Assembly: GCA_036263495.1 (NCBI GenBank)
Contig: DATAGU010000224.1
Span: forward strand, 55,408 to 119,407
From: Polyangia bacterium
Lineage (GTDB): Bacteria; Myxococcota_A; Polyangia; Palsa-1104; SHYY01
Length of the DNA: 64,000 nt
Direction of reading: 5' to 3'
Shown here: piece by piece, positions 1 through 8,134 of the stretch
How the letters are laid out: each line of letters opens with the position of its first letter
Numbering within the stretch: the first letter of the stretch is position 1
Position numbers and translations under genes: made by a program
Notes under the pieces: model-generated
The model's database searches: none
Told to the model about the DNA's origin: nothing
What the model saw: the letters and a program-made list of their open reading frames with translations, nothing else

Positions 1-929
1 TCATCCTCATCTCCGACGGTCTCAACGAGCGCATGGATCGCCAGACCTTCATCAAGCTCGGCGAGGACGCGGCGCGCCTGCGCATCCCCATCCACACCAT
101 CGCCTTCTCGCCCATCGACTCCCGCGGCCCCCTCCTCAACCTCGGCGACCTGTCCAAGCGTTCGGGCGGGACCTTCCGCTGGGCCGAGAACCTGGCCGAC
201 ATCAAGCACGAGTTCGGCACCCTCGCCGACGAGGTGCGGCGCCAGTATGTGCTCACCTTCAAGACCGACATCGACGCGCCGTCCCTCGAAAAATTCCACT
301 TCGCCCTGCAGTGCGGCGAGCTGCGCTCGAACGTCCTGACCGGCACGGGCGTCCGCGTCCTGCACGGGCCCGAGGGCGGCGGGCTCCGCTGGTACTGGTG
401 GGTCCTCATCGGCGTGGGCGGCGGCCTCGTCACGCTCTACCTCGTGGGTCTCCTCCTCATGCGTCGCGGGCGCGTGGCGCAACCCGGCGCGATGCCGGTG
501 ACCGCGGCGGCCGGCGGCCAGAGCGTGCCCGTCGGGCGCGCAGCGGCGGCCGCGCGCCCCTCGGCCCCCTTGGCCGCCGCCGTCTCGCAGAGGGCCCCCG
601 CCGCGGCACCAGCGGCGCATGCCCCGGGCGCGGCGAGCGGCGTCCTCGTCGCCGTCACCGGCCCGCTGGCGGGGCGGCGCTACCCCGCGCTCGAGCGGCT
701 CACCATCGGCCGAGGTGCCCAGAACACCATCGACACCGGCGAGGATCCCTCGGTCTCGCGCCAGCACTGCGAGGTGCGCCGCGAGGGCGGCGTCCTCGTG
801 GTCCAGGACCTCGGTTCGAGCGCGGGCACCTGGGTCAACGGTCGGCGCCTCGCCGCGCCGCACCGCCTCGCCGACAACGACCTCGTGCGCGTCGGCGAGA
901 ACACGCAGTTCAAGTTCCGGGTCGAGTAG
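1..929 (+). CDS. VWA domain - single TM - FHA domain protein (3' part; N-terminus lies upstream of window)
   Basis: Frame runs in from position 1 (IILISDGLNE is a VWA-type MIDAS-region motif); hydrophobic TM segment WYWWVLIGVGGGLVTLYLVGLLL followed by basic MRRGR; Ala/Pro-rich linker; C-terminal FHA-like block (RLTIGRG..N.I.....VSRQHCEV....GGVLVVQDLGSSAGTWVNGRRL....L...DLVRVG); stop TAG 927-929. Confidence 0.75.
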   Translation, partial: ILISDGLNERMDRQTFIKLGEDAARLRIPIHTIAFSPIDSRGPLLNLGDLSKRSGGTFRWAENLADIKHEFGTLADEVRRQYVLTFKTDIDAPSLEKFHFALQCGELRSNVLTGTGVRVLHGPEGGGLRWYWWVLIGVGGGLVTLYLVGLLLMRRGRVAQPGAMPVTAAAGGQSVPVGRAAAAARPSAPLAAAVSQRAPAAAPAAHAPGAASGVLVAVTGPLAGRRYPALERLTIGRGAQNTIDTGEDPSVSRQHCEVRREGGVLVVQDLGSSAGTWVNGRRLAAPHRLADNDLVRVGENTQFKFRVE

Positions 930-937
930 GCGGAGCC

Positions 938-2887
938 ATGAGCGAGAACTCCAGCATCATCATCTGCGACCAGCGCTTCGACGTCGGGCAGCGGGTCATC
1001 ACCTGGCAAGAAGACCCCATGTACAGCGCCTACACGCCGCACTGCGTGTTCAATCCCAATCAGGTGGGACCCGACAACCCGGCCATCCCCGGCGGCAACA
1101 CCCTGCGCTACCGCGAGCGCCGCCTGCTCGGCGCCGACCGCTCCCTCGGCCGCCTGCAGCAGATCTTGAAGCAGTTCGTCCTCCATCTCGACGGCCTCAC
1201 CAACTCGCGCGACACCTTCAAGGTCCTGCACGACGAGCGCGGCCTGTCGGTGCACTTCCTCATCGACAACAACGGCGACATCTACCAGACGCTCGACCTG
1301 CGCGACTGCGGCTTTCACGCCTCGGGCGTCAACGAGATCTCGATCGGCGTCGAGATCTGCAACCGCGGCGACGCGAAAAAGGACACGCGGGACGTCTATC
1401 ACGGCAAACGCGACAAGGTGAACTGCGTCATCAACGGCTACCAGTACCTGTCCTACGCGTTCACCGAGGCGCAGATGCAGGCCATGGTGAACCTCGGCCG
1501 CTGCCTGGCGCGCGTCCTGCCCGGCCTGCCCCAGGAGTATCCGCGCGACCCCGGGGGCGGGCAGCTCTGGGACACCATCAACGGCGACCCGCGCGACTTC
1601 GCCGGCTACCTCGGCCACTACCACACCACCGCGCGCAAGTGGGATCCGGGCCCCTTCGACTTCCAGAAGTTCGTCTCCCAGATCCGCGGCCGGCTGTACT
1701 TCCCCCTCGTCCCCGGCCAGGACCAGGCCGAGGTGCCCGACGACAAGGCCGCGGCCGAGAGCGAGGCCCAGGCGCTCTACGACAACAACGAGAAGGGGGG
1801 CGACGGCGGCTACTACCCCGTCGGCCCGCTCGGCGCGAGCAAGCTTTGGCACGGCGGCGTCCACCTGCGCGCCGATCGCGGGCGGTCCGTGGTGGCGCCC
1901 CTCGGCGGTCGGATCGTGGCCGCGCGCATGAAGGCCGAGGACGACTGGCCGGCCATCGGCTCGAACAACATGGTGCTCCTGCGCCACGACGTCGCCGTGG
2001 GCGCCGCGCAGATCCGGTTCTGGACCCTGCTCCACCACCTCGACGCCGAGAGCGAGGACAACGCCGAGGCCCCCGGGTGGCTGCGCAACGGCCGCGGCCG
2101 GCCCTGGTGGAACGCGCTCAAGGGCGGCGAGGTGGCGCTCCTCGACGAGCCGGTGAACGCCGGCGAGGTCGTCGGACACTTCGGCGAGGCCGGCCCGCGC
2201 TCGGCGCGCACCGGGCAGATCCACTTCGCCATCTTCGCCGCCGACGAGATCCACGCCCAGGTGGACCCGAGCTTCTGGGCGCGGGTCGACGGCGTGCGCG
2301 GCGGGCGCTTCTGTGCCGAAGAGAGCATCACCGCGTACATGGACTTCAACCGCAACGGGATCCTCCAGCCCAGGGAACTGGTGGGGTTCTTCCGCGATCC
2401 CTCGCCGCAGTCGAAGAAGGCGCGTGAGACCTTCCGTCGCCTGGCGGTGCGGCACCTGTCGGAGTGGGCGGACAACGGGGGCGACTTCCTCCGCGAGCTC
2501 ACCCGCTCGCGTGAGATCCGCGCCCTCATCCCCGGCTCCCCCTCCCGCATCCGCCAGGTCTACGCCGACCAGATCGAGTCCATGTTCTGGTGGACGGACG
2601 AGGTCGGGCAGCACGCCGGGCTGCCGCCCGACAAGCTCGTCTGGAGCTACCACCCGATCACCTTCATGCTGTGGCTGCACGACAAGCTCAAGGGCGAGCC
2701 CGTCGTCGCCAAGGCGCCGCCCAAGCAAGGCAAGGCGCCGCCGCCCGACATCCAGGGCGGCGACTTCGCCGAAGGCGAGAGCGACTCGGCCGGCGGCTTC
2801 TTCTTCGACGACGAAGACGCCCTCTTCGGCGAGGCCGCCAAGAACCTCACGCTGGAGCAGCTGGCCGGCGGCTACCCCGACAAGTAA
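938..2887 (+). CDS. cytoplasmic Amidase_2 (AmpD/PGRP-type N-acetylmuramoyl-L-alanine amidase) domain fused to degenerate LytM/M23-like domain, 649 aa
   Basis: ATG 8 nt after upstream stop with GGAG just before; motifs SVHFLIDNNGDIYQ, NEISIGVEI and GHYHTTARKWDPGPFDF match Amidase_2 zinc/active-site blocks; central segment WHGGVHL..LLHHL..GQIHFAIF resembles M23 but HxxxD and HxH positions are substituted; no signal peptide; C-terminal ~200 aa unassigned. Confidence 0.7.
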   Translation: MSENSSIIICDQRFDVGQRVITWQEDPMYSAYTPHCVFNPNQVGPDNPAIPGGNTLRYRERRLLGADRSLGRLQQILKQFVLHLDGLTNSRDTFKVLHDERGLSVHFLIDNNGDIYQTLDLRDCGFHASGVNEISIGVEICNRGDAKKDTRDVYHGKRDKVNCVINGYQYLSYAFTEAQMQAMVNLGRCLARVLPGLPQEYPRDPGGGQLWDTINGDPRDFAGYLGHYHTTARKWDPGPFDFQKFVSQIRGRLYFPLVPGQDQAEVPDDKAAAESEAQALYDNNEKGGDGGYYPVGPLGASKLWHGGVHLRADRGRSVVAPLGGRIVAARMKAEDDWPAIGSNNMVLLRHDVAVGAAQIRFWTLLHHLDAESEDNAEAPGWLRNGRGRPWWNALKGGEVALLDEPVNAGEVVGHFGEAGPRSARTGQIHFAIFAADEIHAQVDPSFWARVDGVRGGRFCAEESITAYMDFNRNGILQPRELVGFFRDPSPQSKKARETFRRLAVRHLSEWADNGGDFLRELTRSREIRALIPGSPSRIRQVYADQIESMFWWTDEVGQHAGLPPDKLVWSYHPITFMLWLHDKLKGEPVVAKAPPKQGKAPPPDIQGGDFAEGESDSAGGFFFDDEDALFGEAAKNLTLEQLAGGYPDK

Positions 2888-2919
2888 TCTGCTTCGCGGG
2901 AGGGGCGTGAGTGCGGGCG

Positions 2920-3504
2920 TTACTCGCCGACCGGTTTGAAGTAGGCGCCGATCAGGCCGGTTTTTTCGACCAGAGCCTTGAACTCGGCGGAGACGAGGTC
3001 ATGGAGCAGGCACTGCTTGCACTTGAAGAGATGGTGGCCGTCGGTGCTGCCGGGTTTGAAGACGTACTTCTTCACGCTCGAGATCTGCCCATCTGAGTAT
3101 CGATCAGTGATTGAGCGCTCTTCATCGAGGCAATCGACGATGTCGAGTATGTTCACAACCTGGAATCGCCCAGGCCCATCGTAGGTGAGCGGTAAGAGTT
3201 CGATCGCGTTTCCGAGCAGGGGCGCCAACACCTCCGCCGCACGATCCGAAAAAGCCAAGCCGAGGCCCATGAGGCCGATGAAATCGACCGGTTTGCCGCG
3301 ATTCTTCCGCACCCTGGCGGGCTTCCATTCCATGGGCACCGGCTGCCACCAGTCTGCACAACGCACGCCCTTACCCGACAGCTTATTGAAGACTTTGTAC
3401 CAGGAGACGCCCGGTCGCGAGATGGATGCCAGCAGATCGTCATGCTCGTCTGGATCCGGGTCCAGGAGAAAGATTTTCGATGATGGAGCGGTGTCTTTCG
3501 TCAT
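2920..3504 (-). CDS. putative immunity protein of toxin cassette (194 aa, no family recognised)
   Basis: ATG at 3504-3502 overlaps the TGA of the upstream toxin-like ORF (ATGA); markedly lower GC than flanks (about 50% in 3061-3120); genetic position typical of immunity gene; no family recognised by eye. Confidence 0.5.
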   Translation of the reverse strand: MTKDTAPSSKIFLLDPDPDEHDDLLASISRPGVSWYKVFNKLSGKGVRCADWWQPVPMEWKPARVRKNRGKPVDFIGLMGLGLAFSDRAAEVLAPLLGNAIELLPLTYDGPGRFQVVNILDIVDCLDEERSITDRYSDGQISSVKKYVFKPGSTDGHHLFKCKQCLLHDLVSAEFKALVEKTGLIGAYFKPVGE

Positions 3505-4343
3505 GGGGGGAAGGCCCCGTTCTGTATCTCTCGCGCTAGCTTCTGCAGTTCCTCGAGGATCTTCATGCGCCCGCCGCTTTCCTCGGCCCGCCGGAGGCGA
3601 AAAATGACTGTACGAATCGCCTTGTCCGTATGGAGCCCGTGCCCCACATGCTGGCTCGGCGTGAGCACGACGCCATTGTCTATGCTGTTGATGTCGATGC
3701 CATAGTCGTCGAAGAGCACGCGGCCTTGCTCCGCCTCGCGGTGCGTGCTTGGCACGATATGGTGCACCTCCTCGCTGGAGGTCAACTGCCTGCCGAGTTT
3801 CTTCTCCAGCGCAGCGCGTAGCCGGGTGGCGTTGCCAGTCGTATTCCACTGCTGCGTCGACACGAAGCCAGGCGGCCGACCACTACCGCCACTGACCGAG
3901 TTGGTGCCGCGCAATCCCTGAGCCCGTGCCGTCTGCGCTGGCGTGAGTTCGCGCAGCGCGACGTGAAGCATCGCCGTCGCCTGTCCGAGCCGGCGAGCCT
4001 CCACGAGCGCCCAGATCTCGACTTCACTGAGCGCCAGGGTCTTGGCTGCCGCTCCGGTGCCGACCACGAGCGCCAGAGGACCGCCACCTGTGCCGGTGGT
4101 GGTCAGCGCCCAATATGCCTCCCCCGCACCCGGCCCTCGAGAGGCGCCATCCCGCAAGAACCCCACCAACCGACCGAGTCCCGACAGCTTGCCGACTTCC
4201 TTGAGGAGCTCCGGGCCATGACCCACCAGCCGGGCGGCCGTCCACGTGGTACTGACCAGCACCGCGGCCTGGATACCGGCGTTGCCGGTCGCGATGCCCT
4301 TGATCGTGTTGACGAGGCTCGCCAGGCCATGCTTCACCTCCAT
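3501..4343 (-). CDS. polymorphic-toxin C-terminal module, HNH/EndoVII-fold nuclease of AHH-like type (281 aa from first ATG)
   Basis: C-terminal block EEVHHIVPSTH...NGVVLTPSQHVGHGLH resembles the AHH family signature ([AG]HHIvP plus downstream His residues); N-terminal ~180 aa Gly/Ala/Thr-rich with no housekeeping similarity; stop overlaps downstream gene start; the longer 3501..4478 ORF prefix is Arg-rich read-through and probably not coding. Confidence 0.5.
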   Translation of the reverse strand: MEVKHGLASLVNTIKGIATGNAGIQAAVLVSTTWTAARLVGHGPELLKEVGKLSGLGRLVGFLRDGASRGPGAGEAYWALTTTGTGGGPLALVVGTGAAAKTLALSEVEIWALVEARRLGQATAMLHVALRELTPAQTARAQGLRGTNSVSGGSGRPPGFVSTQQWNTTGNATRLRAALEKKLGRQLTSSEEVHHIVPSTHREAEQGRVLFDDYGIDINSIDNGVVLTPSQHVGHGLHTDKAIRTVIFRLRRAEESGGRMKILEELQKLAREIQNGAFPP

Positions 4344-4420
4344 GCGGTGGTCAAGAGGGACCGCTCTTCGTCGAGGCAATCGACGATATCGAGCATGTTG
4401 ACGGCCTGAAAGTGCCCAGG
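4334..4420 (-). pseudogene. remnant of a second immunity-gene copy (fragment only)
   Basis: 4361-4420 aligns to 3115-3174 of the intact immunity gene at about 50 of 60 identical nt (hand alignment); in that frame it encodes FQAVNMLDIVDCLDEERS versus GRFQVVNILDIVDCLDEERS in the intact gene; frame ends at TGA 4336-4334 overlapping the toxin ATG. Confidence 0.45.
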
Positions 4421-4514
4421 ATGCCAAGCATCGCGGTCGCGCTTCTCGATCGCAGGCCGTTGCGCTCGGCACATACAAGGCACATGAAACTAAGGAGGCC
4501 GCGGCAGCCTAGCT

Positions 4515-4537
4515 AAGTCCCTGCGGCGCAGGGACTT
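4515..4537 (-). terminator. perfect 10-bp stem hairpin (aagtccctgc-ggc-gcagggactt), possible terminator of the upstream minus-strand oxidase genes
   Basis: Inverted repeat seen directly; located about 135 nt downstream of the small ORF stop on minus strand; no U-tract. Confidence 0.3.
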
Positions 4538-4671
4538 CATGAAATACCACCCAGGGAGGCAGCCCCGCTCCCCAGGAAAGCCACCGCTCTCCCGGGGGCT
4601 CACACTACCCCTAACGAGGATCTAGAACGTGACCCAGGAGAACCCAGGCAAGGCTTTTCGACTGAAGGTGT

Positions 4672-4827
4672 TCAGGTCTCGTGGGGCTGGGCGACCTGGC
4701 GGATGACCAGGTAGATGATGCCGACGATGAGGAAGGGCACGAGCAGGAAGGCGCTCACGAGCTTCAAGATGGACGAGAACTTGTCGGCGGCGGGCTGGCA
4801 GGCGCAGGCGAGGATGAGGTCGTACAT
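4672..4827 (-). CDS. small hydrophobic protein (51 aa) downstream of oxidase subunits
   Basis: Hand-translated MYDLILACACQPAADKFSSILKLVSAFLLVPFLIVGIIYLVIRQVAQPHET; one predicted TM; below ORF-track length cutoff; 22 nt after coxIV-like stop; no clear SD. Confidence 0.3.
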   Translation of the reverse strand: MYDLILACACQPAADKFSSILKLVSAFLLVPFLIVGIIYLVIRQVAQPHET

Positions 4828-4849
4828 GGCGTGACTCTACTGGGCTCGA

Positions 4850-5158
4850 TCAGTGACCCGGGAAGCGGGCGATGGCCTCGATGATGAGGACGACCGCATA
4901 GATCGGCGGAAACAGCATCGGGATCCCCACCGTCAGCTTGAGTCCGCGACGCTCGTCGGCCAGGTGCATGTAGTAGAGCGCGACGCAGCCGGCCTTGACC
5001 AGGGCCAGCGAGATGAGGAGCGCGATCATCGTGGCGCGCTGCTCCTTGAGCACCTGGGCCACGGCCACTTCGAGGGCCGTGAGGGCCGTGAGCGCCACGA
5101 AGACGATGAGGTACTTCTTCTTGTGGGAGTGCTGACCGCTTGCAGTGTGTTCCGACAT
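4850..5158 (-). CDS. cytochrome c oxidase subunit IV (prokaryotic COX4_pro family), 102 aa
   Basis: MSEHTASGQHSHKKKYLIVFVALTALTALEVAVAQ....KAGCVALYYMHL matches the bacterial subunit IV pattern; immediately downstream of subunit III. Confidence 0.65.
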   Translation of the reverse strand: MSEHTASGQHSHKKKYLIVFVALTALTALEVAVAQVLKEQRATMIALLISLALVKAGCVALYYMHLADERRGLKLTVGIPMLFPPIYAVVLIIEAIARFPGH

Positions 5159-5180
5159 GGAAGCCTCGGCCTCGAGATGA

Positions 5181-5816
5181 TCAGATGAGATAGATGAAGG
5201 TGAACACCAGGATCCACACCAGATCGACGAAGTGCCAGAACAGGCCGGCGACCTCGACGTGGCTGGCGGGCGGATGCGGGCCATCGGTGTACTTGCCGCG
5301 GAGCGCAAAGAGGAGGACCACGCTCAGATAGATGACACCCGTCAGCACGTGGAGACCGTGGAACCCGGTCACCGTGAAGAACGTCCCCGGGAAGCGGATG
5401 TCGCCTCCTTGGAAGATGGAGCCGGAGAGCGTCATGTGCTGCTCATGGATGAGGTGCGTGTACTCGAAGACCTGGCCGCAGAGGAAGAACAGGCCGCCCA
5501 GGACCGTGAGGCCGAGGTAGGTGCACAGCGCCTTCTTGTTCCGCTCCTGCGCCCCGGCCAGCGCCATGACCATCGTCACGCTGGAACAGATGAGCACGAA
5601 GGTCATGAGGGCCGTGAAGTTGATCCCGAGGTGCCGCGTGGGGTCGGGCCAGGAGTGCGAACCAGAGCGCTGAATGCCGTAGTTGAGCAGCAAGCCGGCG
5701 AAGGACATTCCGTCCGTCAGGAGGAAGATCCACATCCCGACCTTGCCGTGGGTCGCTCCTTCGAAGCTGAAGCCCTCCTCGCGGTGCATCGAGGGCGCGG
5801 CGGCGGATTGGCTCAT
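5181..5816 (-). CDS. ctaE: cytochrome c oxidase subunit III
   Basis: Seven-TM protein ending LFWHFVDLVWILVFTFIYLI (classic Cox3 C-terminal motif), GMWIFLLTD near N-terminus; ATG at 5816 preceded by GGAGG; ORF-track start 5825 is TTG. Confidence 0.85.
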   Translation of the reverse strand: MSQSAAAPSMHREEGFSFEGATHGKVGMWIFLLTDGMSFAGLLLNYGIQRSGSHSWPDPTRHLGINFTALMTFVLICSSVTMVMALAGAQERNKKALCTYLGLTVLGGLFFLCGQVFEYTHLIHEQHMTLSGSIFQGGDIRFPGTFFTVTGFHGLHVLTGVIYLSVVLLFALRGKYTDGPHPPASHVEVAGLFWHFVDLVWILVFTFIYLI

Positions 5817-6090
5817 TGCGGTCAAGACCTCCGGTATCGGGGTTCAGGGACGGGCGGACACTATCACACTCATCCGCAGGGGACAACTCCGCCGCGCACC
5901 TCCCCGAACGTAGAGATCTCATGGAGTTGGGCCCACATCCGGGGTCTTGGGCCCATGCCCTCGTCCACCCCTTGGAGGGGGCTCGGGGGGAGGTCGAAGG
6001 CTCGGGTGAGCCCCCCTGGAATGTCCGGTGGCGAATACGGCAGACAGGCTGATGGCGGCCCGATCCGATCCTTTCGGGCCGGGCCCGGCC

Positions 6091-7320
6091 TCAAAGGAGG
6101 TAGTGCTTGGCCTCGTTCTGGCGTGCGATGACCTGCAGCAGGTCCTGCTCCCGCACCGTGGCCACCTGCTTGAGGTGCTCCAGGACCGCGGGGAACTCCT
6201 GGGCGATCGCCTCGAAGTCGGCGCGGCACACCGTGAGCGTGACCGCCGTGGTGATGGCCCGCACCGTGGCCGTCGCCGGGCGCAGCGTCAGCACCGAGAT
6301 CTCGCCCACCACGTCGCCCGGGTGGAGCACCGCGACCTGGAAGGCCGCCTGCCGCTCGGTCGCCTTCTCCACCGACAGCTGCCCCGAGGCCAAGACGAAC
6401 AGCGTGTCATTGGCCGCGCCCTCCTCGATGACGACCTGACCGGCATCGAAGGTCCGGGGCGTGAAGCGGCGCAGGAGCGCCTCGCGCGCGGACATGCCGA
6501 GCCCTGCCAGGAGCGGCGAGGTGAGCGCCAGGTTATGCAGCAGGCGCTCGCGGGTATGCTCGGCCAAGACCGCCTTGAACGAGGGCTCGGCCGCCGCCAG
6601 CTCCTCCAGCCCCTGGCGCGTCAGCTCGAGCAGCAGGCAATCCACCTCGCACGTCGCGCGCGCCGAGCGCGGCGTATTGGTGAGGAGCGCCATCTCGCCG
6701 AAGAACGCGCCCGGACCGAGCAGGTTGAGCGGCACCTCGACCGGCGACTCGGAGGAGGCCGGCCGAGAGATGCGCACGTGGCCGTTGGCGATGATGTAGC
6801 AGGTCTCGCCCTGCGAGTTGAGCTCGATGAGCCGCGTCCCCGCCGGGCAATCGAGGATCTGAAGGAACGAGACCAGGCGGCGGAAGTGCTCCTTGCTGAG
6901 CGAGTGGAAGAGCGGATAGGGCCGATGCAGCCGCGCGAACGCGCTCTGGAGCGCGGCCACCGCGCGGTCCTTGCCCTGCGGCGACGGCGGCGCGGCCAGC
7001 GGCGCCCCCGTCGGCATCACCGGCGGCGCCGGCGGGACCACGGCCTCGACATAACGCGACGCCTTGCCAAAGGACTCGGCCAGATCATCGATCAGCCGCT
7101 CGCTCGCCGTGCGGTCGAGCGCCGACAGCTCCTTGGCCGCGACCACCGCCATCGGCAGGTGGCCCGAGATCATGAACGCGCGCCCCGCCAACTGGAGAGC
7201 GAGGGCCGCGTGCTGCGTGTCCTGATCGAGCTGCAGTTGCTGAGCGAGCGCGCGGTAGGCCACGCCGTCGAGTGGATTGCCGTCGATACGGGAGGCCAGC
7301 TCCGTGTACGAGGTCAACAT
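6091..7320 (-). CDS. protein with N-terminal unknown domain and two cyclic-nucleotide-binding (cNMP/CAP-type) domains, 409 aa
   Basis: Two occurrences of the FGE.AL-type phosphate-binding cassette (GPGAFFGEMALL; GDVVGEISVL); upstream part of the 663-aa ORF is Arg-rich junk; GGCCCGA/TCGGGCC hairpin just downstream of stop. Confidence 0.7.
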   Translation of the reverse strand: MLTSYTELASRIDGNPLDGVAYRALAQQLQLDQDTQHAALALQLAGRAFMISGHLPMAVVAAKELSALDRTASERLIDDLAESFGKASRYVEAVVPPAPPVMPTGAPLAAPPSPQGKDRAVAALQSAFARLHRPYPLFHSLSKEHFRRLVSFLQILDCPAGTRLIELNSQGETCYIIANGHVRISRPASSESPVEVPLNLLGPGAFFGEMALLTNTPRSARATCEVDCLLLELTRQGLEELAAAEPSFKAVLAEHTRERLLHNLALTSPLLAGLGMSAREALLRRFTPRTFDAGQVVIEEGAANDTLFVLASGQLSVEKATERQAAFQVAVLHPGDVVGEISVLTLRPATATVRAITTAVTLTVCRADFEAIAQEFPAVLEHLKQVATVREQDLLQVIARQNEAKHYLL

Positions 7321-7360
7321 ACGGCCATCATAACGAAAGCCGCGAGTTTTGCAGGAGATT

Positions 7361-8134
7361 TCAGAAACGGAAGAGCGGGGCCCCGGTCTGCGAGGGCCCG
7401 CCCGGCAGGGCCGTGAGGTCGAAGTCGGGGTAGTGGCGCGGGCGTGAGGCGCTCGAAGCCCCGGCCACGAGCGCGACGATCCCCACCGTCGCCGCAGCGC
7501 CCGCGACGACCGGAAACACGATCCACCAGCGACTCTTCTTGACCTTGGTCTGCGCCACCACCACCGGCCGCGGCGCCGCACCCCGACCGACGCCAGCGAC
7601 CGCCGGCCTCCCCGGAGCAGCCACGAACGGCGGCCGAGCATACGCCCCTCCCACCGGCGCCGTGCCCGGAGGCGCCACAGCCCCCACCGGAGCCGCCCCC
7701 GAAGGGGCCACCGCAACCCCCGGCGTCCCCACCGGAGGCGCCCCGGTCCCGAGCGGCGGGACCGCGGCCTGGGCCCCATCGCAATGGAGCCGGGTCTCGA
7801 TCTCCGCGCGCTCGGGCGCCTGCGGCACCTGCTCGAAGTAGCGGCGATAATACTTACAAGCCGCGTTGACCCTCCCCAGCTGCTCGTAGGCGAGAGCGAT
7901 ATTGAAATCGAGCAGCGGCGCCGGCTTGAGGAGCTGCGCCGCCTTCCACTCCTGGATCGCCGTCGTGAAATCGCCCGCCTCATACGCCGCGCTCCCCGCC
8001 TGGAAGCGAAGCTGCGCCTCGTCACCGCCCGCCGCCTGCGCCGCCTGCGGTTCCCCGCGCGCCGCCAGCGGAGCCAGAACAAAGAGCGACGCGCAGAGCG
8101 CCACCCGCCAAAGAGACTGCCGATAACCCATCAA
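7361..8134 (-). CDS. secreted TPR-like/Pro-rich protein with C-terminal TM anchor
   Basis: Signal-peptide-like N-terminus (LWRVALCASLFVLAPLAARG), TPR-like helix pair (AAYEAGDFTTAIQEWKAA...ALAYEQLGR), Pro/Ala/Gly-rich spacer, KKSRWWIVFPVVAGAAATVGIVALVAG TM. Confidence 0.5.
   Translation of the reverse strand: MMGYRQSLWRVALCASLFVLAPLAARGEPQAAQAAGGDEAQLRFQAGSAAYEAGDFTTAIQEWKAAQLLKPAPLLDFNIALAYEQLGRVNAACKYYRRYFEQVPQAPERAEIETRLHCDGAQAAVPPLGTGAPPVGTPGVAVAPSGAAPVGAVAPPGTAPVGGAYARPPFVAAPGRPAVAGVGRGAAPRPVVVAQTKVKKSRWWIVFPVVAGAAATVGIVALVAGASSASRPRHYPDFDLTALPGGPSQTGAPLFRF

Noticed and set aside
311-2887. Very long overlapping ORFs in off-frames and antisense (e.g. 311..2887, 619..2427, 680..2728, 6028..7416, 9071..10744, 14343..15905, 16032..17987, 36337..39300, 44200..48147)
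   Set aside because: They are Arg/Ala/Pro/Gly-rich with no motifs. They are explained by the roughly 70% GC making stop codons rare, and each overlaps a gene with clear family signatures in another frame.
3501-4478. 325-aa version of the toxin ORF starting at 4478
   Set aside because: The first 45 codons are Arg-rich and overlap the immunity-gene fragment in another frame. The first ATG at 4343 is a more plausible start, or the module has no functional start at all.
4421-4671. tRNA or small RNA in the spacer between the oxidase genes and the toxin cassette
   Set aside because: No cloverleaf-compatible segment or conserved T-loop (GTTCGA) was seen; only a simple hairpin at 4515-4537.
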